From Candidatus Latescibacterota bacterium (GTDB taxonomy: Bacteria > Latescibacterota > UBA2968 > SICM01), in assembly GCA_965217865.1 (NCBI GenBank), contig CBDCJO010000002.1:4832001-4896000 (forward strand): 64,000 nucleotides of DNA, read 5' to 3'. The stretch's first letter is position 1. Each line of letters starts with the position of its first letter. The notes under the pieces were generated by a model that was given only the letters and a program-made list of their open reading frames with translations, had not been told where the DNA came from and did not search any database. Position numbers and translations under genes: made by a program. Positions 20,849 to 28,742 of this stretch are shown piece by piece.

Positions 20849-21361
20849 ATGCCCTATCAAGATCACATCCAGGCATCGAAAGGGACCGTTGATTGCGCCA
20901 TTATCACGGTCAGCGATACGCGAACCGAATCGACAGACAAGAGCGGGATGATCATGAAGGAACTGCTCGCGGCATCGAACCACAGGGTTGTGCATTACGA
21001 GATTATCAAAGACGAACCGGACCAAATTCGCGATGTTTTGAGCCGGTTTGCCGATGAAGGGTCTTGTCAGGTGGTTCTGCTTAACGGCGGAACGGGCATC
21101 TCACGCCGCGACACGACTTATGAAGCCGTGTCGGGCCTTCTTGAAAAGGAGCTGAACGGTTTCGGAGAAATCTTTCGCTACCTCAGCTATCAGGAGATCG
21201 GCTCAGGGGCCTTCCTGTCCAGAGCGACAGCCGGGGCCTACCGGGATATGATCCTTTTTTCGATGCCCGGCTCCCACAACGCGGTTCGACTGGCAATGGA
21301 GAAGCTGATCGTTCCGGAGTTGTCCCATCTTGTCTGGGAGATCTGGCGGCACGCGGAGTGA
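20849..21361 (+). CDS. moaB: Molybdenum cofactor biosynthesis protein MoaB/MogA family
   Basis: ITVSDTR....D.SG, GGTG...RD.T.EA, GFGE.FR.LS, SRA.AG, MPGS..AV. Confidence 0.9.
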   Translation: MPYQDHIQASKGTVDCAIITVSDTRTESTDKSGMIMKELLAASNHRVVHYEIIKDEPDQIRDVLSRFADEGSCQVVLLNGGTGISRRDTTYEAVSGLLEKELNGFGEIFRYLSYQEIGSGAFLSRATAGAYRDMILFSMPGSHNAVRLAMEKLIVPELSHLVWEIWRHAE

Positions 21362-22191
21362 GAAACGTGGATTCGCGAATTGCATACATCGAAATGACCA
21401 CGGGAATTGCCGGTGATATGTTCGTGGGAGCGATGATCGATGCGGGATGCCCGATCGAACGGCTGCGCGGCGGGATGGATGATATCGGGCTGAAGGGGAT
21501 GCGAATCGAGGCACATCGGGTTACCCGCAAAGGTCTGGGTGGGACCAGGTTTGAGGTAATCGAGGAGAAGATCGGGCGAGGAGGTCATGCGTCGGGTGTC
21601 CGGGTTCGGTCACCCGAACGAATAAACGGCCGAGACCAAACGATAGAAATACACCCGGAAACAGAACATCCACATCGTAGGGGATTGAAAGAGATTTCAC
21701 AGATGATCGTTCGAAGCAGTCTTCCTGAACCGGTGAAGTCGAAAGCCGGAGCGGTATTTCATGCGATCGCAAAGGTGGAGGCTCACCTTCACAACACCAC
21801 GGTTGAGGAGATCCATTTTCACGAAGTCGGAGCGCTGGATTCTATTGCGGATGTGGTCGGCGCCTGTCTGGCGCTTCACGAGATGGGGATTGCCGAGGTT
21901 TATGCCTCAGAAGTGCCTCTCGGCGGAGGCGGGACCGTTACCTTCAGCCACGGGATCATACCGGTTCCCGTACCGGCTACCCTTGAGCTCCTGAAGGGAA
22001 TCCCCACACGCACCAGCGACTTGAAGACCGAAATCGTGACGCCTACGGGAGCCGCCCTGCTCCGGGTGATCTGTTCCGGATTTGGAGCCAGACCCGATAT
22101 GGTCATCGAACAGGTGGGCTATGGCGCGGGGAAAAAGGAATTTCCCGACCGGCCCAACCTGCTCAGGATCCTGGTCGGGAGGCCGGTATGA
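21358..22191 (+). CDS. larC: Nickel-pincer cofactor biosynthesis LarC, N-terminal (LarC1) domain only
   Basis: GIAGDM..GA..DAG, HFHEVGALDSIADVVG, HG..PVP.PAT, E.VTPTGAA, GYGAG......PN.LR; ends before the LarC2 domain. Confidence 0.85.
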   Translation: MRNVDSRIAYIEMTTGIAGDMFVGAMIDAGCPIERLRGGMDDIGLKGMRIEAHRVTRKGLGGTRFEVIEEKIGRGGHASGVRVRSPERINGRDQTIEIHPETEHPHRRGLKEISQMIVRSSLPEPVKSKAGAVFHAIAKVEAHLHNTTVEEIHFHEVGALDSIADVVGACLALHEMGIAEVYASEVPLGGGGTVTFSHGIIPVPVPATLELLKGIPTRTSDLKTEIVTPTGAALLRVICSGFGARPDMVIEQVGYGAGKKEFPDRPNLLRILVGRPV

Positions 22192-22193
22192 TG

Positions 22194-22345
22194 AAAATGC
22201 AAAGTGCAAAATGGAAAATGCATGGAAAGCAGTAACAGTGGCAAGGCAGGGAAATTGAATATTGAATATTGAAGATCGATAGAACCACAAGAGAGCCCTG
22301 GGTTTTCAAATATTCAATTCTCCGATATTCAATATTCAATGAAGC
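22194..22345 (+). repeat. Heptamer-repeat hairpin element (family H1, preceded by an AAAATGC-type heptamer run)
   Basis: (ATTGAAT)n...CCACAAGA...GGTTTTCAAATATTCAATTC...(ATATTCA)n; homologous to the reverse complement of 49292..49478. Confidence 0.8.
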
Positions 22346-22482
22346 TCGGGGGGGCGGCCGACGGGCGGCTTGATTTGTCCACCCTTTCATATTATATTGA
22401 ATCCGCGTTCGTCATTCTGGCCGGGAGACACCTGACGGAGATTTACCCGTTCAGATGACGACGCCTTCAGAGAGAGGAACCA

Positions 22483-23802
22483 ATGTTGCTGCTGGCGCTG
22501 GCGGCGTTTCTGGTGTTCCTGAATGGTTTCTTCGTTGCGGCTGAATTCGCGATCGTCAAAATCCGATCAAGCCGTCTTGAGGAGCTGGTGGCTGAGGGAC
22601 GGCCCGGAGCTAAGATGGCCCGGAACATCGTCCAGCACCTCGATGCTTATCTTTCCGCGACTCAAATCGGCATCACCCTGGCCAGCCTTGGCCTGGGTTG
22701 GATTGGTGAGCCCGCGGTGGCACACCTGATCATCGAACCCCTGTTCGTCTGGATCGGTATCCTTTCCGAAAGCGCAATCCACACAACCTCCCTGACCATC
22801 GCATTTGTCATCATCTCCTTCTTCCACGTTGTCCTGGGTGAACTGGCTCCCAAATCGATCGCCATCCAGCGCGCCGAGAACACCGTCCTTGCCGTTTCCC
22901 TGCCACTCAAAGGATTCTATTATCTCTTCCTTCCGGCCATCTGGTTGTTCAACGGATCTGCGAACTATTTCCTGAAAGCAGTGGGCCTCCCACCCGCAGG
23001 CTCACACGAATTCGCCCATTCGGCGGAGGAGATTCGAATTATCCTGGATAAGTCCGAGGAGGATGGGATTCTGTCGGAAGGGAAACACGACATCCTTGAG
23101 GGCGCCCTGGATATCTCCGAACAGACGGTGAAGCAGATTATGGTCCCCCGGGTTGACGTGGTTTACTTCTCCACCTTGGTTACCTGGAAGGAAGTTGTAG
23201 AGACGGTTCTGCAGAACGGGTATTCAAGGTTTCCATTATGCGAAGATGACCTGGATCACCCGATCGGCATCTTATATGCCAAGGACTTGCTCCGTTTCCT
23301 GGGGGATCCTGATGGTCCCTCCACCGAGGAAATTGTGGCCCTGAAGCGAGAGGTCCCGTTCGTTCCGGAAAGCCAGGCGGTGGAAATGCTTCTACAGCGA
23401 TTCCAGAAGGGCTTCATTCATATGGCGATCGTGGTAGACGAGTATGGCGGGACCTCTGGTATCGTCACCCTCGAGGATGTTCTGGAGGAACTCGTGGGGG
23501 AGATCCAGGATGAGATGGACCACGAATCACCTGCGATTGAAGGGACTCAGGAAGGACATTTTCGTGTTAGCGGTCAAGTATCCGTCGATGACCTGGAGGA
23601 CTTGACGAATGTTTCGCTTCCGGACACACAATGGGACACGGTCGGCGGCTATATACAGTTCCACCTGGGCCGGGTCGCGGTGCAAGGGGATGAGGTTGAG
23701 GTCGAGGGACATAAGTTCAAGGTACTTGAAGTGGACAAACAACGCATCGTTCAGATTTTGTTGATTCCGGCTCCTCAGGCTGGTGAGGATGAGGAGGGTT
23801 GA
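22483..23802 (+). CDS. Hemolysin-family (DUF21-CBS-CorC) protein
   Basis: NGFFVAAEFA, QIGITLASLGLG, GELAPKS, M.PR, SRFP, VDEYGGTSG.VTLED..EE.VGEI.DE. Confidence 0.93.
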   Translation: MLLLALAAFLVFLNGFFVAAEFAIVKIRSSRLEELVAEGRPGAKMARNIVQHLDAYLSATQIGITLASLGLGWIGEPAVAHLIIEPLFVWIGILSESAIHTTSLTIAFVIISFFHVVLGELAPKSIAIQRAENTVLAVSLPLKGFYYLFLPAIWLFNGSANYFLKAVGLPPAGSHEFAHSAEEIRIILDKSEEDGILSEGKHDILEGALDISEQTVKQIMVPRVDVVYFSTLVTWKEVVETVLQNGYSRFPLCEDDLDHPIGILYAKDLLRFLGDPDGPSTEEIVALKREVPFVPESQAVEMLLQRFQKGFIHMAIVVDEYGGTSGIVTLEDVLEELVGEIQDEMDHESPAIEGTQEGHFRVSGQVSVDDLEDLTNVSLPDTQWDTVGGYIQFHLGRVAVQGDEVEVEGHKFKVLEVDKQRIVQILLIPAPQAGEDEEG

Positions 23803-23881
23803 ACCTGATTACATTTCGAATTCCGGGGTTAGGGCGACCGTTCTCAGGGGTTGAGCTTGAAAGGTCGCCCTTTCTGGTAAT

Positions 23882-25108
23882 ATGGCAGATGACATCTATG
23901 ATCTGATCATCGTCGGCGGGGGGCCTGCGGGGGCAACGGCAGCACTTTTTGCAAAGCGCCAAGGCTTAAAAACCCTCCTCATAGACAAGTCCAGATTTCC
24001 GAGGGACAAGATCTGCGGGGATGCCCTTTCAGGAAAAGCGGTCACCGTCTTGCGTGAGTTGGACCTTTTCGAGAAGGTCCGTGACCTGCCAGGAGTCTTG
24101 GTTAACAAGATAATTTTTGGGAGTCCCAAAGGGATGGAAGTTGATATCGATCTCAGTCGATCCAGTCGACAGGACTTTCTCACCGGATTTGTCATCCGCC
24201 GTGAGATTTTCGACACCTTCCTTTTCAGGGAAGCCCAAAAAGTTGTGGACACCAGTATCGAAGGATTCACGGTTCGTGAGCTGATCCAGGAGGGGGGAAA
24301 GGTTTGTGGCGTCCGGGGTGCGTCTTCGGGATCGGAAGGACAAGAGTACCGGGGCCGGATTGTCCTGGGTGCCGATGGGTTTAACTCCATCGTCGCAAGG
24401 AAGGGGGGGCTCTATCGACACGAGCCCAGGCACTGGATCGTTGCCCTGAGATGTTACTATCAAAATGTGAAAGGACTTAGTAACCAGATCGAATTGCAGT
24501 ATGTGGACGAAGTCCTCCCCGGATATTTCTGGATATTTCCACTCGAAAACGGTTGCGCCAACGTCGGGATCGGCATGGTGTATGACTTCCTCAAAAAGCG
24601 AAAAGTGGACCTCAACACGGCCCTTCAGAGAGTGATCGAAAGCCCCAAGTTCAAGGACAGATTTGCGAATTCGAGAGCCCTTGAAAGACCCATCGGATGG
24701 AACCTGCCCGTGGGCAGCAAGCGTCGGAAAAGCTACGGAAACGGATTTATGCTCATTGGGGACGCGGCAGGGTTGATCGATCCCTTTACGGGAGAAGGAA
24801 TCGGGAATGCCCTTTACTCTGCCCGATATGCCGTGGCATGCGCCAGGGAGGCTTGCGACGCAGGGGATTTCGGCCAGGAATTCCTTCGCCGATATGAAAG
24901 TCACCTCTGGGAGGAGATCGGAGATGAATTGAGGGTCAGCTCCCGGCTGCAGACCATCGGACGTATACGTCCGCTTCTGAACTTCGTCATTCACAAAGCT
25001 TCCAGGAGCCAGGAGGTTCGGGACATCATTTGCGGAATGATCGCGGACGAAGTACCCAAAAAACGGTTGACGAATCCCCTGTTTTATTTAAAACTCCTGT
25101 TCAATTAG
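23882..25108 (+). CDS. Geranylgeranyl reductase family FAD oxidoreductase
   Basis: GGGPAG, FPRDKICGD, GADG, PGY.WIFP, NVGIG, GDAAG.IDP.TGEGI..A. Confidence 0.9.
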   Translation: MADDIYDLIIVGGGPAGATAALFAKRQGLKTLLIDKSRFPRDKICGDALSGKAVTVLRELDLFEKVRDLPGVLVNKIIFGSPKGMEVDIDLSRSSRQDFLTGFVIRREIFDTFLFREAQKVVDTSIEGFTVRELIQEGGKVCGVRGASSGSEGQEYRGRIVLGADGFNSIVARKGGLYRHEPRHWIVALRCYYQNVKGLSNQIELQYVDEVLPGYFWIFPLENGCANVGIGMVYDFLKKRKVDLNTALQRVIESPKFKDRFANSRALERPIGWNLPVGSKRRKSYGNGFMLIGDAAGLIDPFTGEGIGNALYSARYAVACAREACDAGDFGQEFLRRYESHLWEEIGDELRVSSRLQTIGRIRPLLNFVIHKASRSQEVRDIICGMIADEVPKKRLTNPLFYLKLLFN

Positions 25109-25354
25109 GAATGGGGATCAGAAGTCAGAGGTCGGAGGTCAGGGAAATGAAGTGGCAGTGGCAGGAAGAGCAAAGGGAGGGGGGCGGAGGGAGATTGAAG
25201 ATCGAAAGACCGTCAAACGTGAGACGTGAAACCGAACTATCGTGACGGACTAATTGAATTCGATTGAGGGTCAGACCTAACCCCTGGCCCCTTCCCTAAA
25301 GGGAAGGGGAAACACAGCGATTCGTTAAACGGCATCACCAATCAAACGATTTTT

Positions 25355-25564
25355 GTAGGGGCGGACCTGTGTGTCCGCCCCCGATCAGAACGGCGAACAG
25401 GCTGGGGACGGGTGCATACGCAGGTGCGCCCCTACGGGAAATGGGCGGTCCGGCCGCCGAGGATTGGATGTAAATGAATCTCCGGGCGAGGAACCGCGTC
25501 GCCCCTACGGGAATCGGGTGGGTCGACAAAATTGGTGTAGGGGCACGATGCATCGTGCCCCTAC
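25355..25564. repeat. Cluster of four GTAG-type REP-like palindromes
   Basis: GTAGGGGCGGACCTGTGTGTCCGCCC; GGGTGCATACGCAGGTGCGCCCCTAC; GGGCGAGGAACCGCGTCGCCCCTAC; GTAGGGGCACGATGCATCGTGCCCCTAC. Confidence 0.8.
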
Positions 25565-25619
25565 GATGGTAATCTAATTCAGGGTTGTTTCATGAACATA
25601 GCCTTGATAGAATGGGATA

Positions 25620-25756
25620 GCTCCTTTGATTTGTGGGACCCGACCCCAGACGGGAATAAGGGCATCAGCCAAGGGAATTCCCTGTTGAAGGGATCCTGGC
25701 CCTACAGAGCCAAGTTCCCGGTCTGGAGACCGGTCCCACAACTTGTGGCCACATAA
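25620..25756. repeat. REP-like element TGTGGGACC...GGTCCCACA (second copy nested at about 7150-7300)
   Basis: Shared TTGTGGGACCCGAC...GGAATAAGG...AAGGGATCCTGGCCCT...TTCCCGGTCTGGAGACCGGTCCCACAA...TGGCCACATAA. Confidence 0.8.
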
Positions 25757-25843
25757 GGCCATGGGGTTTAATTTGAGGCTGACCGAAGGTAGGCTGCGAC
25801 ATAGACACCTCTTGCATGGTGACAACCAATAGGTAAGTAAGCC

Positions 25844-27157
25844 TTGAAAAATCCAAAGGAATTCTTCCTCGTTGCGTGTTTATACGTCGCCTTCCTCGCT
25901 CTCCCATCCGAAGTGAACGGCTTCCAGGCGGACCGATCGGACTTCGATAATAACGGGGTTGTGGATTTCGACGATTTTTTTCTGTTCGCCGTTGCGTTCG
26001 GGGGAGATGAAGCCCGTTTCGATCTGGATGATAACGGGCGAATCGATTTTGAAGATTTTTTTCTGTTTGCCCAGGACTTCGGAAAAACGACGGTGTCTTC
26101 GGGGTCCCCGCCACCCCGAGATTCTCTTGTGGTCGAAACCATCGCGACAGGACTGGATACGCCGTGGGATCTGGTCTGGGGTCCCGATGGAGCGATCTGG
26201 GTCACCGAGCGCAAGGGAACCATCTCGCGGGTCGACGTGACCAGCGGCCGGGTCACCCAAATCGGTCAGATCGGTGTGATTGAATTCAGCGAGAGTGGGT
26301 TGATGGGAATGACCTTTCATCCCAACTTTGATTCCCTGCCCCTTGTTTACATTGTTCACTCTTACAGTTCCGGCAATGCCATCCGGAACCGTCTGATCCG
26401 ATTGCGTTTCGACGGCAACCGGCTCAGCGATGTCGAGACTTTGCTCGATGATATTCCGGGTGCCGCCAATCACGATGGATCCCGGCTGGCCATCGGCCCG
26501 GACCGTTTGATCTACCTGACCACGGGGGATGCCCAGAACCCGGGTCTGGCCCAGGATCTCGATTCCCTGGCGGGCAAGGTCCTCCGTCTTACCTTAGAGG
26601 GGGCTCCAGCACCCGGCAACCCTTTCGGCACTTATGTGTTCTCATACGGTCACCGCAATCCCCAGGGGCTCGCGTTTAGGCCAAGCACCGGACTGCCTTA
26701 TGTCTCCGAGCACGGCCCATCCGATAACGATGAGGTGAATCTGATAGAACCCGGGGGAAACTACGCCTGGCCGAACGTTCGAGGATTCTGCGACGGCGAC
26801 GTCTTGGGCGAGCTGGCCTTCTGTCAATCGAACAAGGTGGCCGAACCCGTCGCGACCTGGACCCCTACGATCGCTCCTTCGGGTGCGGCCTTTTACAATT
26901 CGAATGAAATCCCTGGTTGGCGGGGGAGCTTTCTGTTTACCACGCTGAAGGGATCCGCCCTTTATCGCCTGAGCCTATCCGAGGACGGAAGGAGGGCGGT
27001 CGATCAGGAGGTCCTGTTTCACCGCGAGTTCGGGCGTCTTCGAGATGTCCTGGTCAGCCCCTCCGGGGATGTCTATCTGGCGACCAGCAACCGGGACGGC
27101 CGCGGCAACCCAACGTCTGACGACGATCGAATCATTCGAATCCGGTTAATAAGGTGA
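25844..27157 (+). CDS. PQQ-dependent sugar dehydrogenase (GSDH beta-propeller) with N-terminal dockerin-like EF-hand pair
   Basis: Signal peptide; DFDNNGVVDFDDFFLFA..FG and DLDDNGRIDFEDFFLFA.DFG; GL..PW, ESGL.G, NH.GSRL, GHRNPQG, EHGP...DE, GR.RDV. Confidence 0.9.
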   Translation: MKNPKEFFLVACLYVAFLALPSEVNGFQADRSDFDNNGVVDFDDFFLFAVAFGGDEARFDLDDNGRIDFEDFFLFAQDFGKTTVSSGSPPPRDSLVVETIATGLDTPWDLVWGPDGAIWVTERKGTISRVDVTSGRVTQIGQIGVIEFSESGLMGMTFHPNFDSLPLVYIVHSYSSGNAIRNRLIRLRFDGNRLSDVETLLDDIPGAANHDGSRLAIGPDRLIYLTTGDAQNPGLAQDLDSLAGKVLRLTLEGAPAPGNPFGTYVFSYGHRNPQGLAFRPSTGLPYVSEHGPSDNDEVNLIEPGGNYAWPNVRGFCDGDVLGELAFCQSNKVAEPVATWTPTIAPSGAAFYNSNEIPGWRGSFLFTTLKGSALYRLSLSEDGRRAVDQEVLFHREFGRLRDVLVSPSGDVYLATSNRDGRGNPTSDDDRIIRIRLIR

Positions 27158-27262
27158 TCGGCGAGTGGTGGTTCGTGATGGGTTAGACATCACCATGACC
27201 CTTCACCCATAACCCTTCTTCACTTCCCATTCCATTCCCAGCCATTAAAGGAGAGTTTCACG

Positions 27263-28189
27263 GTGTCCAAAGATTCCAGCGAGGTCCTCGAACGGGAAGT
27301 CACGCGTAGAATCGGATCCAACGAGATTCCGCAACGTGTTTTCGGAAAAACGGGAGAATCCGTGCCTGTTATCGGGTTGGGATCCGCGCCGGGTGGGGTG
27401 GGTTTAAAGGACGAGGATGCGATTCCCCTCTACCACAAGGCGATCGATCGGGGCGTGACTTACATCGATACGGCGACGGGTTACGGGCGGGCTCAGGCAC
27501 AACTGGGAGAGGTGGTGCGGGAACGTCGCGAGGAGGTTTTCCTGGTTACCAAGACACACACGGATGACGGGGCCAAAGCCCTGGAGATCCTGGAACAGAA
27601 TATGAGGCTTCTTCAGACGGACCAGGTGGACCTCACCTACGTCCACGCAGTGGGCGGACTGGATGTGGATCGCGTCCTGGCCAAGGATGGGTCTCTGTCC
27701 GGGCTTCGAGAGGCGCAAAGGCGGGGGTGGACCCGCTTCGTTGGGTTCACGGCCCATGCCTCGCCGTGGAAGTCGGCGAAGATCCTGAGGGAAGCGGATG
27801 TGGACGCCGTGATGTTGGCTGTGAATCCCGGGGACCGATTTACCTATAACTTCGAGGAGAACGCCCTTCCGTTGGCTTCCCTGCAAAATGCGGGCGTGGC
27901 CGCGATGAAGGTTTACGGAGGTGCCGAGGGGATGAAATACAGCCCCCCCAAACCCTCTGCGGTGCGTTCGCACGGACCCCACAACCACGAGGTTTTGTTC
28001 AGATATGCGCTGGGCCTTCCCGGGGTGGCCATTGCGGTCATCGGCATGTATAACGAGGAGGAACTGAATCAGAACATCAAATGGGCAAAGGGATTCAGCC
28101 CGCTTACGGAAAGGGAGGAAAAAGACGTTCGAACGCTGGGGAAAGAGTTGTCCGGCGCATGGGGGCCGCACTTTGGGCCGGTGGAGTGA
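27263..28189 (+). CDS. Aldo/keto reductase
   Basis: R.FGKTG..V..IGLG, YIDTA..YG, F..TK, L..LQTD.VDL...H, GFT.H, AMKV. Confidence 0.9.
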   Translation: MSKDSSEVLEREVTRRIGSNEIPQRVFGKTGESVPVIGLGSAPGGVGLKDEDAIPLYHKAIDRGVTYIDTATGYGRAQAQLGEVVRERREEVFLVTKTHTDDGAKALEILEQNMRLLQTDQVDLTYVHAVGGLDVDRVLAKDGSLSGLREAQRRGWTRFVGFTAHASPWKSAKILREADVDAVMLAVNPGDRFTYNFEENALPLASLQNAGVAAMKVYGGAEGMKYSPPKPSAVRSHGPHNHEVLFRYALGLPGVAIAVIGMYNEEELNQNIKWAKGFSPLTEREEKDVRTLGKELSGAWGPHFGPVE

Positions 28190-28284
28190 GGCGTTTCCCT
28201 TTTTCGCTTCGAAGGAGACCGACTGATCCTTAGGGGCACGGCATGCCGAGCCTTCAAAAGTCACTCGCGGTTTTATTTTTGATC

Positions 28285-28340
28285 TTGACAGAATCCGACT
28301 CTTTTCGTAACTTCAGGTCAATTAAATCATTGCTTAATTG
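28285..28340 (+). promoter_or_regulatory. Sigma-70 promoter and probable ArsR/SmtB operator of the cadC-like/cadA operon
   Basis: TTGACA-17 bp-TAACTT at 28285..28313, then inverted repeat CAATTAA-N8-TTAATTG at 28319..28340. Confidence 0.65.
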
Positions 28341-28348
28341 TTTATATA

Positions 28349-28738
28349 ATGGAGCGACCTCAGGGTTCCACTATGGTCCAGGCTAAAGATCAAGAGATAT
28401 GCGACATCCTCTACGTGGATGAAAAGAAGGTGCGATCCGTCAGGCGCCAGATGAAAACCGACGAAGTTGTGGGGCGGCTTGCCGAAACATTCAGCGCGAT
28501 CGGCGACGCAACAAGGATCAAGATCGTCCTGGCCCTATCGTTGGCCGAGCTCTGTGTCTGCGACATGGCCGCCCTGTTGAACATGACCAGCCCCGCGGTC
28601 TCCCACCATCTCCGGATCCTTAGGACACTTCGTCTGGTTAAAGGAAGGCGTCGTGGAAAGATGGTCTATTATTCACTCGATGACGCTCATATTGAAAGGC
28701 TGTTCAGGATGGGCATTGAGCACGTGGAAGAGGGATGA
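28349..28738 (+). CDS. ArsR/SmtB-family metalloregulator (CadC-like)
   Basis: F.A.GD.TR.KI, ELCVCD, AVSHHLR.LR, GKMVYYSL.D.HI......EH. Confidence 0.92.
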   Translation: MERPQGSTMVQAKDQEICDILYVDEKKVRSVRRQMKTDEVVGRLAETFSAIGDATRIKIVLALSLAELCVCDMAALLNMTSPAVSHHLRILRTLRLVKGRRRGKMVYYSLDDAHIERLFRMGIEHVEEG

Positions 28739-28742
28739 ACCG

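Noticed and set aside
22194-22345. Possible CRISPR array or larC2 frameshift continuation
   Set aside because: Repeat units are 7 bp with no unique spacers, no cas genes are present, and no LarC2-like sequence appears in the downstream frames
25355-25564. REP cluster considered as a CRISPR array
   Set aside because: Units differ in sequence and orientation, and the spacing is irregular
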